This document shows positions 39,201 through 47,144 of a stretch of DNA of 64,000 bases, piece by piece; position 1 is the stretch's first letter; every line of letters begins with the position of its first letter. Position numbers and translations under genes: made by a program. A model generated the notes under the pieces. It saw only the letters and a program-made list of their open reading frames with translations, searched no databases and was not told the origin of the DNA. This DNA is from Cryomorphaceae bacterium (GTDB lineage Bacteria > Bacteroidota > Bacteroidia > Flavobacteriales_D > Crocinitomicaceae): positions 4,084-68,083 of the forward strand of contig JAIXRC010000031.1 in NCBI GenBank assembly GCA_027485415.1, in the 5' to 3' direction.

Positions 39201-39514
39201 CGGTAGAAATGAACGTTACCGATACTTTGGGGTGTATTGGAAAATCGTCGCAGACACTTCAGATTACTGAGGGCAGCATACAAGTGGGAATTCAACCCAA
39301 CCCTTTCCAAAGCAATCCAACCGTTGTGCATAATTTGCCGAGCGATAAAGCCTTCAACTTTATACTTTATGATGCGGCTGGGAGAAAACTCCAAGCATAT
39401 GATTCTCCCGCATCACCCTTTACCCTTGAAACCCGGGGCATGGCCCAAGGCACCTATTGGTTGAAGTGTGTTTTTGAAGGGGAAACCATTACTCAAAGTT
39501 TGATCCGTTTATAA
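36209..39514 (+). CDS. Multidomain T9SS cargo: Cys-rich GDGICC module, PPC-like domain, glycine-rich (ALK/LTK-type Gly_rich) domain, CotH kinase-like domain, PKD domain, T9SS CTD
   Basis: 1101-aa ORF. YPNETTWNL...FDIHDSYGDGICCGYGLGSY module. FSCTGSPQTFTAPTSGNFTVEAWGAQGG...LSIYVGGEG followed by long GGGG tracts (Gly_rich pattern). CotH-like IFLDGNYIGVYTLTEKVKRDKDRLDI...GPPWDYDRA. PKD-like YLWDFGDQ...HVYAVPGIYTVEMNVTD. C-terminal IQPNPFQSNPTV...GTYWLKCVFEGE is a CTD. Confidence 0.8.
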   Translation: MKKNYRFLLLLCVLFITHRTLAQCPAGEWPLEITIVPDSYPNETTWNLFSNGTEIAQGTYLSDTVCVDSSSCMRFDIHDSYGDGICCGYGLGSYVITLNGNQVASGGEFATIASHSFNCGPGTICENPLNANLGLNTSPNGQRFFEFTPDSTGIYSFSTCGITTCDTRLWIYNTCQNVDYSGSSNGAMYYNDNNLNCGEQADLEVLLAAGVPYIVRIDYGQNLGNVQTFSCTGSPQTFTAPTSGNFTVEAWGAQGGDDGQTGAKGGYSKGTKYLNAGETLSIYVGGEGANCAAAGGGGWNGGGNAGDVGCSGGGGGASDVRYGGNALGDRILVAGGGGGTGCCGTPAGEGGGLSGINGSGLGGTQNAGGAGQGAGSLGQGGHKSGDGGGGGGGYYGGGASYNDDGGGGGSSYIGGVMNGVTIAGNATMPNLNGGTMTGNTGNGWVRVSWADTACAGNIPFMITYVGAMSSVLPIVKLTTLNTPINNNVKVPVKMEIIDHGLGQLNYSNDTIYSYEGNILAEWQGFTGPGYPKKNYDFDLIDAAGNKIDTSLMGLPAENDWIFKAEYLDNTLLKNSVAYYFSRKMGRYAPRTKHCEIFLDGNYIGVYTLTEKVKRDKDRLDIAKMTSTDTVGSALTGGYIIEMNINGAPAAWNSAYPPINNATSPHAVEFKYVYPKADSILPVQGNYIKTFVDSFENALNGVNFTNDSLGYRAWIDVSTFIDFLIVNEFSMNYDSYGRSTYMYKEKDTDGGKLCIGPPWDYDRAMASPPTSGWVWQNCHPYWPFPFWWSKMYTDSVYRHELACRWFSLRENELSNGNFMAFIDSTANLLYQGPAERNFAIWQSLNGVPYPQQVLNLKLFMYQRLTWIDETLTPFGAELPLVQIPEDTTVCVGITYTAPFNPLYSYNWKPGPETPEITLTNPGPYVLEVSDAFGCERNLPMNVGISAPDTTFNHLHVDAEYVFAGNNGNSSQYLWDFGDQTLWGNGQQVSHVYAVPGIYTVEMNVTDTLGCIGKSSQTLQITEGSIQVGIQPNPFQSNPTVVHNLPSDKAFNFILYDAAGRKLQAYDSPASPFTLETRGMAQGTYWLKCVFEGETITQSLIRL

Positions 39515-39515
39515 A

Positions 39516-39917
39516 ATGACCATCTTCCTCGATTTCGACGGCACCGTGGTGGAACACCATTATCCTGCGATTGGCGCGGAAAACCCCCATGCCCTGCGCG
39601 TAATTCGTGCCTTGCAAGATCAAGGGCACTCCGTCATTCTGAATACTTACCGAGCAGACCTCAGCGATGGAAGTTTGGAGGAATCTTTGGCCTATTTGAA
39701 CGATCCCGTGCGGAACTTGCTGCCGATTACGGAACATACTCCTTTAAAAGTACATCCAGGCCCTTTTGATTTGAACGAAGCGATGCGGTTTAATAAGGTG
39801 TTCTTGGACGACATTGCCGAGAATATTCCGCTGATTCCGAACCGAGTATTGGACCATGGCCTGATGGTGGATTGGGTTAGCGTGGAGCTGGAATTACAGA
39901 AATTTGGGCTTCTGTAA
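39516..39917 (+). CDS. Small HAD-like hypothetical protein
   Basis: 133-aa ORF starting 1 nt after the CotH stop. The N-terminal IFLDFDGTVVEH resembles HAD motif I (DxDxT). Otherwise unrecognised. Confidence 0.5.
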   Translation: MTIFLDFDGTVVEHHYPAIGAENPHALRVIRALQDQGHSVILNTYRADLSDGSLEESLAYLNDPVRNLLPITEHTPLKVHPGPFDLNEAMRFNKVFLDDIAENIPLIPNRVLDHGLMVDWVSVELELQKFGLL

Positions 39918-39977
39918 AACTTTTCAACATGTTAACATCTCGTAGCTCTTAGCGGCACTTCGAAAATCAATCTTGGG

Positions 39978-39985
39978 TACTTTTG
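39978..39985 (+). promoter_or_regulatory. Bacteroidota -7 promoter motif TActTTTG
   Basis: Exact TAnnTTTG match, 16 nt upstream of the ATG at 40002. Confidence 0.5.
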
Positions 39986-40001
39986 AAGGAATCCCTACTT
40001 C

Positions 40002-40448
40002 ATGCCATTTACGCTTCGCCCTTTAAATTCGTTAGATGATGCTGTGCGCCATTTCATTCAGGAACTGGACCTCAACATGGTGGAAAAATTACTCAGGCCC
40101 ATTCCGGAGGATGAACCCGGGGAATTGGATGAATTTCTAAGGCGATTGGAAAGGGCCTTCGGTTATTTCAAAGACCAAGGCGATACCCACCTGAACGTAA
40201 TTCAAGGAAAATGCACCAAGTGTTTCCCAAAATCCAAGGGCTTTTACTTTGTGGGAAACCGCAGTAAGGCGCACATGCACATACTCTTTCATCGCAACGA
40301 TAGCGGGCATCTCAATGTGTTCGAATGTACCAAATTCAAAACATCCTTTTCGTATAAAGAACCGGGAAAACGGGTATATTTAGAGGATTTGTCTTTCCGA
40401 ATTATAACCTTAGGTGAGGTCAAGGATGACGACGATGTTCCTTTTTAA
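40002..40448 (+). CDS. Hypothetical protein
   Basis: 148-aa ORF with a properly spaced promoter motif. No family recognised. Acidic C-terminus (KDDDDVPF). Confidence 0.5.
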   Translation: MPFTLRPLNSLDDAVRHFIQELDLNMVEKLLRPIPEDEPGELDEFLRRLERAFGYFKDQGDTHLNVIQGKCTKCFPKSKGFYFVGNRSKAHMHILFHRNDSGHLNVFECTKFKTSFSYKEPGKRVYLEDLSFRIITLGEVKDDDDVPF

Positions 40449-40450
40449 AT

Positions 40451-40894
40451 CTAAGTGAAGTACACCAAAATAAAGGCAGCGGCTAAAAGGCCTACCAAGT
40501 GGTAAGAAGCGTCGATAAGGAAAAGACGCCATGTTCTCCCTTGAAAGGCAACTTTGTGCAAATCTTGAGGAATATAAAAACCAATCCATGTGAATACCCC
40601 ACTCATGAGGGCAGCTTGCGGCTTGGTCACAAAGGAATTAACCATTCCCCATGTTTTTGGGTCCCATGCTTGAATGTTATGGGTAAAAACAAAGGCCATC
40701 AAAAAGCAACCGACGCCGCTCAAAAACAATGATAACAGCATTTGATAGGCGGTAATTTCCTTGGTTTCATCTACCCCAATTTCCTTTCGCCAGGCCTTGG
40801 CGAAAAGGAGGGAATACCAAACAAAACCAACCAAAAAATTCGCTAAAGCCGCTAAAGCAATTGCGCCAAAATTCAACTGAATGTTAGGTTCCAT
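40451..40894 (-). CDS. DUF1761-family membrane protein
   Basis: The ORF track gives 40451..40912. A TAnnTTTG motif at 40910..40917 overlaps that start, so I favour the Met at 40894 (MEPNIQ...), which is 16 nt from the motif. ALAALANFLVGFVWYSLLFAKAWRKEIG is the typical DUF1761 N-terminus. Four hydrophobic helices. Confidence 0.7.
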   Translation of the reverse strand: MEPNIQLNFGAIALAALANFLVGFVWYSLLFAKAWRKEIGVDETKEITAYQMLLSLFLSGVGCFLMAFVFTHNIQAWDPKTWGMVNSFVTKPQAALMSGVFTWIGFYIPQDLHKVAFQGRTWRLFLIDASYHLVGLLAAAFILVYFT

Positions 40895-40909
40895 AGAAAT
40901 ATTTTTAAT

Positions 40910-40917
40910 CAAAAATA
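40910..40917 (-). promoter_or_regulatory. Bacteroidota -7 promoter motif (TAttTTTG on the minus strand) for the DUF1761 gene
   Basis: The plus strand reads caaaaata, 16 nt from the ATG at 40894. Confidence 0.45.
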
Positions 40918-40932
40918 ACCCTTTTTAAGAAT

Positions 40933-41652
40933 TTACAGACTATTTCCCCGAGCCCTGTCGTTGGTTGTCAAATACACATAGAACCCCAAGGTAAACACCG
41001 CAAAAGAACTGAACACGTGCCATAAGAAATGGGTTCCTTGAGGCATCCACGGAAAAGGATTGGGTGTGGGGTAATCCAACACGCGACAGGTCAACGAGAG
41101 CAGCAATAATAGCAATGAACTAACATACCACCCCGCATGACGCCAGCGGTTGCGGTACAAATCGATGATGACCGGCACCAAAAAAGCCGCACCCGAGAAA
41201 AAATACCCCACGCTGGGCGATGAAATGTGCACCACGCTTTTCAAGAGCATTACGGCTGAAATTCCCACGGCATAAAATCCAAACACCACCAGGATTGCTA
41301 GCCACAGGCGCCTCACTACACGGTTCCAAAAGAAAATGGACAACGACAAGGACATCAAGGCTGCAGGAAGCCAATCCAACACTAAAAATGCGTTCGACGA
41401 TCGAAAGGCATGGAACAAGGTGGAGCCCAAGCCGTTGAGAAAAAGCAAGGGAAGCAAAGCCACCAAAAAGCCGTGCTTACGATACGAACCGCGAAGGTAC
41501 CAAAGCCAAAAAACAACTGGAATGAAGAAAAATAACGAACTGTAGGCGTTCCACGGTTCACGTATTACGTGGTCGTGCACAAACTCATTGTACATGGGAC
41601 CGCGGTCAAAAATCACCGCTTGTCGTTTCGCTAATTCGAGGGAATCAATCAT
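40933..41652 (-). CDS. Seven-TM ceramidase-like (alkaline ceramidase/PAQR-type) membrane hydrolase
   Basis: 239-aa ORF with about 7 hydrophobic helices. [12 protein letters not shown] resembles the EP-N-x-SN motif of Pfam Ceramidase. Candidate metal ligands GSTLFHAF and GTHFLWHVF (H-x3-H in the last helix). ATGA-type 4-nt overlap with the upstream gene. Confidence 0.55.
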   Translation of the reverse strand: MIDSLELAKRQAVIFDRGPMYNEFVHDHVIREPWNAYSSLFFFIPVVFWLWYLRGSYRKHGFLVALLPLLFLNGLGSTLFHAFRSSNAFLVLDWLPAALMSLSLSIFFWNRVVRRLWLAILVVFGFYAVGISAVMLLKSVVHISSPSVGYFFSGAAFLVPVIIDLYRNRWRHAGWYVSSLLLLLLSLTCRVLDYPTPNPFPWMPQGTHFLWHVFSSFAVFTLGFYVYLTTNDRARGNSL

Positions 41653-42512
41653 GTGTTTGGAATTTTAAGCACTTGACCGATTTGTATTCTATCAGAACGC
41701 AAGCCATTGATTTCCTTAATTTTGACCACATTCGTGTGGTATTTTCGCGCAATGCTGGACAAAGTTTCACCGGATTTTACGCGGTGCCTATGCAGCGTAT
41801 TTGGGTGAACTTCAGTAACATGGTTGGGTGAAATTTGTGCCCCTTGTTGCGGTTCAACGAGGTCATAAGCTTCCAAGGATACGGAAGAACAAATTTTGGG
41901 ATCCGCGTATTTGAAAAAATGTTGCTGAATATTGACGATACGGCAAAAAGAATCTAGAGGGTTGCCTTTCCAATCAAAGCACTGTACGACATCGTCGTTG
42001 AACTCGAGTACTTTTACGGGCTCTAAACCTGCATAATTACGGTGCATGGTTGGTAACTGTTTTTCCACGGCAACACGACCACCGCCTGCAGAGCCTCGGC
42101 TGTTCACTTTCACGTAACATTTTCCGTCGTTGCTGGGTCCCACCACCGCCACCCAATGAACGGTCAACAACTTTGGGTTGATTTGAATGTACAGCTGTTT
42201 GAGGTCGGAATAATAGCCCTTCAAACGAATTTGACGAAGTCCTTCGTTGATTTTATCGTTGAGGTAGCCTCCAAATTTATCCATGCGACGGGAATGGAAC
42301 GAATGCAGCGCGTCGTACACGTAGGGAACTCCAAGGGCGCAGTAGGAATCGCAGATGACTTCGTCATGCTCACCGAGCTTCAAGGTATCAGGGTTGATGA
42401 GGTGAAAAGCAGGAACCGAGAGCCTCTGTAACACGATGGAATCCATGCTCACCCCTTGAGCGAAAAAGGATCCAAAAAAGGCTAAGAAAATGCAAACACT
42501 CAACTCCCTCAT
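41649..42512 (-). CDS. Secreted protein with C-terminal LysM peptidoglycan-binding domain
   Basis: 287-aa ORF with signal peptide. C-terminal [43 protein letters not shown] is a canonical LysM. The N-terminal ~230 aa are unrecognised. Confidence 0.75.
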   Translation of the reverse strand: MRELSVCIFLAFFGSFFAQGVSMDSIVLQRLSVPAFHLINPDTLKLGEHDEVICDSYCALGVPYVYDALHSFHSRRMDKFGGYLNDKINEGLRQIRLKGYYSDLKQLYIQINPKLLTVHWVAVVGPSNDGKCYVKVNSRGSAGGGRVAVEKQLPTMHRNYAGLEPVKVLEFNDDVVQCFDWKGNPLDSFCRIVNIQQHFFKYADPKICSSVSLEAYDLVEPQQGAQISPNHVTEVHPNTLHRHRVKSGETLSSIARKYHTNVVKIKEINGLRSDRIQIGQVLKIPNT

Positions 42513-45500
42513 TTCTTTTTCTTTTTCTTTACCATGGATATCTTATAATTTTCAAGATCACCGTCCACCTTAAGGTAGAGGTATTTTGCATTTTTTTCTT
42601 CAACAATCACCTCTTCTTCGCTTGCACGGTCTTTTGTTCGATTTTTGAACAATTTATTCTTTGCTACCTCCTTGATCATTACCCATGGAATACCAACTTG
42701 GTAGTTCATGGGCATATTACCAGAAATGGACTGTTCTCCTGAAATCTTAAGAAAACCAAGGCTCGAACAAATGACCATTTCAGGAATGGACAATTTTCCA
42801 TGCTTTAGGAGGAAGACATTTGTAAGGGTATCGAATTTCACGTTGCTCACTTCCTTATCCTCAAAATAGGAACCTAAATCGAGCAAAGGCGCATAATTTT
42901 GCAAACGACCTTGGGTTACTTGAACATCAATTTCCAAATCTGAATCATCCAATTTTGGAATGAAATCTGCGTGCAAGTGAATTTTGCCTTTCAAAGTTCC
43001 TTCGGCATATCCGTGAAGATTTTCTGAGATTAAGTGGTCTTGGCCAAAGTTATCGAACTTGACCATAAACTTGTCCAGGTTTAGATGGTGTATGGCAATA
43101 TTCGGTGCAAAATAAATATGATTTTTATCCCTTCCACTGAAGGTTCCGGAACCCGACAGCGACCCTTCAGCGGCAGTTACCTTAAACCGCTGAACTTCGA
43201 TATGATGATCGTCGAAACAATGAGCCTCGAGGTGTAAATCTTTCAAATCATACGGTGAATAGATAAAATGTCCTACAACAATTTTCAAATCTACATTGGG
43301 AAAGGCGTAGTCGTACAATGAAAAAACTTTATCGTGTTGAGCGCCCTGAACGGAGGATGGTTTGGAAACTCCAGAGAGCAAGGCATCTAAATTTAAATGC
43401 TTGGATTTCCACTCGAGTTTACTTCGATGTTTTGCATTGGTTAAGTGATAGTTGCCGTGCAATTCTACATCGGAGTTGCCAATATTCCCCTTTAAATGCT
43501 GAAACGATATCAAATCCTTATCGTAATCCAGGATTCCCGAAAAATGGTGTAAGGCTAAGGGGTGGGATTTCAATTTACCACTCAACTTATCCAGGTTTAA
43601 GCTTGCCGCCTTGAACGTACCATGGTTAAACGACACCGATGCATGGCCCACGAAATCAAAATTGGAAAGTTCCTCTTGACGATAGGCCTCGGGAAGATGA
43701 TTAACCCCTCCATAACTCAAAAGTTCCTTAAAAATCAAATGTTTGGAGTGGAGCGCCAACTGAACATCGGCTTTACCGTTTATTTCCGGTTGAAACCAAT
43801 AGTCATAGTGATGAAATTTACCGCTCATGCTAAAATCGGAATGGTCGAGTTCGCCTCGAAAAGCTTTTAACGTCAGGTCCAGGTCATCGATCATTAATTG
43901 GAGGCGTACGTTTTTAAAGTGGTGCGGGTAGTTTTGAAATTTACCAGAAGCCTCGATGATTTCGAAATACCCTTGGGGTAAATACTTTGATTCGGTGAAA
44001 GACTTCGCTGAGGACTTAAAATTCAACAACAACTTAAGGTCTTTGACTTGGTCGTTAAGGAGGGCTTTTCCTTGATCGTCTTGCAGTATCTTGGAAAAGT
44101 CCAAAAACTTCGCATTCAAATTAAGCCTTACATCAACCGGAGTAGAACTGTGATGAATCATCGCTGGCAAATCGGATAGTGTTCCGGAAATTTGAACCTC
44201 AGAATTTCCCAATTGAAAGGAAAGATTTTCCAAATCTACTTGATGACCTTTTGACCTTGCCAACAAATTTAAATGCGTAATCGGATAGGGTAATTGATCA
44301 AACTTACCGTGCAGATCGGAAATTTTCAGTTCCGACCGATAGGAATCGCGAAACCTTTGCAGAACCCGTTCTGGATGTTCAAGATCCACCATGTCATGAA
44401 AATGCATGTTGATTATGACCTTTCCGCCAACATCTTTAAGGGCACTTGATTGACTGAATTTGGATAAAAAATCCAAATCCAGATCTGCAGAAACGTCCAT
44501 TTTAATTTCGGGTGTTTTGAAATTCTTGATCCAAATATCCCCTTGAAATTTCCCGATTTCTGGTTTCAATTGAATGTTCCTCACGTAAAAAAGCGACGTT
44601 GAATCGCTGCAGGAAGCCCCATTGGTAAAATACCCTTCGAATCCAATGGCCTTAATTTTTTTATCATTATTCTCATTTCGGATAAGTCCTTCGGAGCAAC
44701 CAAAACGCACATCAATGCTGGGATTGTTTCCGTGGAGCGTTTTCCCCTTTACCGCTGCATTAAAATAAATTTTACCCTTATTATCAAATCCGTTCAAGGC
44801 TTCAAGGTACTCTTGGGGTGCAAAGGAAAGAAACAGGTTAAAATCCGGTTTTTGCCCTTTTAGTTTCATATCAACCTTAAAATCGCCTTTGCACTCCACG
44901 TTACCCTGTAGTTCCAAGGTTGTTTTTTCGAGCCTAACTTGAGTTTTTTTCAAGGAAAGCAAACTGGTTGATTTGTCAAAAAGCAAGGAACTATTTATGC
45001 TGCAATGTTTGTTGCTGAAAAAAGTACTGTCCTTGCCTTGAAGAACGCTCAAGACGAAATCCGTGTTAACATCCCATCCTACGTTTTGATCATTGGTTGT
45101 GAACTTGGACTCAAGTTTCTCGATCATGGCATCTACTTTCAGTTGAGATTTTTCATCCAAATGGGAAAGATCAACCTGTTCAAGAACAATGCTGTTGAGA
45201 TCGAGGTGAAGGTCTTCCTTAACTTTCTCCGGGGGAATTTTGGAAGCCAAGGCTCGCTCAATGTTCAAGGAACCGTCGGCATGCTGCTTACTATCAATGT
45301 GGCCCCCTTTCAATTTTATCCGTTTGACGGTGTAGTTACCGCTGAGTAAATCCAAAAGGTTAAAACCTACATATGCATCCTTAACATGGACGAGGCAATC
45401 GGCTTTAGCCTCTTTGGATTCATATACCTTAAGGTCTTCGAGGTCCACCGAAACGTAGGGAAAATTCTCAAACAAGGCGATATGACTTCCGCCAATGGAA

Positions 45501-45733
45501 ACTTTTCCATTCAAGTCTTGATTAGCTTTTTCTATGGCCAATTGCACATAATAATCCTGATTCCAATAAACGACAGCAATTAGGATGCTGAAAAGGAGAA
45601 GGGGTAAGGCTACCAGAAAAAAAAGAACACGTTTGACCCATTTATTTTTGAGCCATCGGAAAGAATGTCTAATCCATGAGCGCATGCGTGTTGTAGATTC
45701 TTTGGATAAATAACTTAGTAAAGTTAGGGACAA
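42509..45733 (-). CDS. AsmA-family (AsmA/TamB-like) envelope protein
   Basis: 1074-aa ORF. A single N-terminal TM anchor ([22 protein letters not shown]) is followed by a long repetitive beta-rich region, as in AsmA-like bridge proteins. Lys-rich tail. Confidence 0.7.
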   Translation of the reverse strand: MSLTLLSYLSKESTTRMRSWIRHSFRWLKNKWVKRVLFFLVALPLLLFSILIAVVYWNQDYYVQLAIEKANQDLNGKVSIGGSHIALFENFPYVSVDLEDLKVYESKEAKADCLVHVKDAYVGFNLLDLLSGNYTVKRIKLKGGHIDSKQHADGSLNIERALASKIPPEKVKEDLHLDLNSIVLEQVDLSHLDEKSQLKVDAMIEKLESKFTTNDQNVGWDVNTDFVLSVLQGKDSTFFSNKHCSINSSLLFDKSTSLLSLKKTQVRLEKTTLELQGNVECKGDFKVDMKLKGQKPDFNLFLSFAPQEYLEALNGFDNKGKIYFNAAVKGKTLHGNNPSIDVRFGCSEGLIRNENNDKKIKAIGFEGYFTNGASCSDSTSLFYVRNIQLKPEIGKFQGDIWIKNFKTPEIKMDVSADLDLDFLSKFSQSSALKDVGGKVIINMHFHDMVDLEHPERVLQRFRDSYRSELKISDLHGKFDQLPYPITHLNLLARSKGHQVDLENLSFQLGNSEVQISGTLSDLPAMIHHSSTPVDVRLNLNAKFLDFSKILQDDQGKALLNDQVKDLKLLLNFKSSAKSFTESKYLPQGYFEIIEASGKFQNYPHHFKNVRLQLMIDDLDLTLKAFRGELDHSDFSMSGKFHHYDYWFQPEINGKADVQLALHSKHLIFKELLSYGGVNHLPEAYRQEELSNFDFVGHASVSFNHGTFKAASLNLDKLSGKLKSHPLALHHFSGILDYDKDLISFQHLKGNIGNSDVELHGNYHLTNAKHRSKLEWKSKHLNLDALLSGVSKPSSVQGAQHDKVFSLYDYAFPNVDLKIVVGHFIYSPYDLKDLHLEAHCFDDHHIEVQRFKVTAAEGSLSGSGTFSGRDKNHIYFAPNIAIHHLNLDKFMVKFDNFGQDHLISENLHGYAEGTLKGKIHLHADFIPKLDDSDLEIDVQVTQGRLQNYAPLLDLGSYFEDKEVSNVKFDTLTNVFLLKHGKLSIPEMVICSSLGFLKISGEQSISGNMPMNYQVGIPWVMIKEVAKNKLFKNRTKDRASEEEVIVEEKNAKYLYLKVDGDLENYKISMVKKKKKK

Positions 45734-45791
45734 AACACGTGCCGTGACAACAGAAAATGAAGAAGATTTTGAAACTGTAAAAAAAAACCTT

Positions 45792-45799
45792 TACTTTTG
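45792..45799 (+). promoter_or_regulatory. Bacteroidota promoter (-7 TActTTTG with an upstream TTTG about 20 nt away) ahead of tRNA-Asp
   Basis: Exact TAnnTTTG at 45792..45799. TTTG at 45768..45771 gives -33-like spacing. The tRNA begins about 69 nt downstream. Confidence 0.5.
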
Positions 45800-45867
45800 T
45801 ATCCGCTTTGCGAAACACACGTTGTTCGAATGCCGCTGTTGCGGCAGTCAGGAATGGTAGAATAAAC

Positions 45868-45941
45868 GGTTTGGTAGTTCAGTTGGTTAGAATACCTGCC
45901 TGTCACGCAGGGGGTCGCGGGTTCGAGTCCCGTCCAGACCG
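45868..45941 (+). tRNA. tRNA-Asp (anticodon GTC)
   Basis: Full cloverleaf read by eye: acceptor GGTTTGG/CCAGACC, D arm GTTC..GAAT, anticodon stem CCTGC/GCAGG with loop CTGTCAC, T arm GCGGG-TTCGAGT-CCCGT. CCA is not encoded. Confidence 0.95.
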
Positions 45942-45952
45942 CGAAAGCGATG

Positions 45953-45982
45953 CCCTTCACACGAAAGTGTGGAGGGTTTTTT
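45953..45982 (+). terminator. Rho-independent terminator after tRNA-Asp
   Basis: cccttcacac-gaaa-gtgtggaggg: a 10-bp stem (one G-U pair) followed by TTTTTT. Confidence 0.7.
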
Positions 45983-46316
45983 CGTTTTAGCGCATGGGAG
46001 TTTACTCCAACATGCGTAAAATGGAAAAACCTGAACGAGGCAAAGACGAGGAAGGGCATCGCCTTCGCAAGGCCCACCCCTTGGGTCCACCGACTGGAAG
46101 GAGGTATTCCCAAAGACTTTTTATTGAGATTTTCGTTTTAGCGCATGGGAGTTTACTCCAACATGCGTAAAATGGAAAAACCTGAACGAGGCAAAGCCGA
46201 GGAAGGGCATCGCCTTCTCAAGGCCCACCCCTTGGGTCCACCGACTGGAAGGAGGTATTCCCGAAGACTTTTTATTGAAATTTTCGTTTTAGCGCATGGG
46301 CGTTTGCTCCAACATG
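45979..46316. repeat. Tandem repeat, 151-bp unit, about 2.2 copies
   Basis: The units start at 45979, 46130 and 46281 (ttttcgttttagcgcatggg...). Copies 1 and 2 differ at only about 4 positions. Copy 3 is truncated after ...ccaacatg. Each unit carries the hairpin cgcatgggagt-tt-actcc(aa)catgcg and a smaller gaagg-gcatcg-ccttc hairpin. Confidence 0.9.
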
Positions 46317-46343
46317 AATTCTCTGCTTTGGCAAATGATTCAA

Positions 46344-46375
46344 CTCTGGGTGCGGGTTTAAACCCGCACCCAGAG
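46344..46375. terminator. Perfect 15-bp-arm palindrome downstream of the steroid-5-alpha-reductase-like gene (putative terminator)
   Basis: ctctgggtgcgggtt-ta-aacccgcacccagag, 9 nt beyond the stop at 46385. There is no clear U-tract on either strand, so the terminator function is inferred only. Confidence 0.45.
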
Positions 46376-46384
46376 GAAGAACTT

Positions 46385-47140
46385 CTACCAAATCCCAGGA
46401 ATCACCGCTTTGCGGTCCTTTGGATATTCCGGGAATTTTTCCTTGTACCATCGGTGATGCGATATGGCCCGAGGAACCACATTAGCAAAGGTCCAAATAG
46501 CAAAGACCAAGCCCGGTAAACTCCAAGTTAGGATGCCAAAGCCCACCCATTCAATGACCTCACCCAATAAATTCGGACACGATACCCAACGAAACAAGCC
46601 GCCCATGGGGATTTTATAGCCCGTTTCTCCCGGCTTGCGCAGGTTGATCAAAATGGCGTCCGAGTGCCAATTAATGGCCATTCCGGTGAAAAAGACAACC
46701 ATCCCAAGAATAAACCGTGGATCAGTGAGCCATTCCATGCTGTACTCCGCGAAATTTCCAAAATAATACCCCATGAAAAATCCGTTCATGGTATTGAAGA
46801 GCATGGCCGAAACCATGATGATGACTGGCATTTTCTTGCCCTTCGTTTTTAAGCGCAAGGGAAAGATGATTGAACGGTTGAAATAATGAAACACAAAAAG
46901 CCCCACCATGATGCCGCTCACCGCGTTCAAAGACTTCTCCCCCGCCCACAAAAAGTACGCTAGAATCACCAACACAAAAACCTCCATGATGAACCATCCC
47001 CAGCGGTTGTCGACCATGGGGCCCCAACGCTCGTTGGAATGCCGTCCGTAGGGTGCGGTGGTTTTGAACAAATATAGAAACGTGATGATGCCTATGGCGA
47101 TCCAAGCCCAAGAAATCCACTCAAACGTTGATGATGTCAT
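46385..47140 (-). CDS. 3-oxo-5-alpha-steroid 4-dehydrogenase (steroid 5-alpha-reductase) family membrane protein
   Basis: 251-aa polytopic ORF. The C-terminal GGLFRWVSCPNLLGEVIEWVGF...PRAISHHRWYKEKFPEYPKDRKAVIPGIW matches the SRD5A family signature. Confidence 0.85.
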   Translation of the reverse strand: MTSSTFEWISWAWIAIGIITFLYLFKTTAPYGRHSNERWGPMVDNRWGWFIMEVFVLVILAYFLWAGEKSLNAVSGIMVGLFVFHYFNRSIIFPLRLKTKGKKMPVIIMVSAMLFNTMNGFFMGYYFGNFAEYSMEWLTDPRFILGMVVFFTGMAINWHSDAILINLRKPGETGYKIPMGGLFRWVSCPNLLGEVIEWVGFGILTWSLPGLVFAIWTFANVVPRAISHHRWYKEKFPEYPKDRKAVIPGIW

Positions 47141-47144
47141 ATCG

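Noticed and set aside
40933-41652. Considered whether this 7-TM protein could be the missing opsin partner of the CrtY-Blh fusion
   Set aside because: Its conserved residues are His-based (LFHA, H-x3-H) with an EP-N-x-S N-terminal motif typical of ceramidase/PAQR hydrolases, and I do not see rhodopsin helix-C or helix-G motifs. It is also 10 kb away and embedded in a different operon.
45724-46519. ORFs of 60-129 aa on both strands spanning the tRNA-Asp gene and the 151-bp tandem repeat (45724..46113, 45808..45990, 45887..46090, 45950..46141, 46145..46519)
   Set aside because: They run through a tRNA gene, a terminator and a repeat whose period is not divisible by three, so the repeated DNA is read in different frames in successive copies. 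There is no start context or recognisable motif. I treat them as non-coding.
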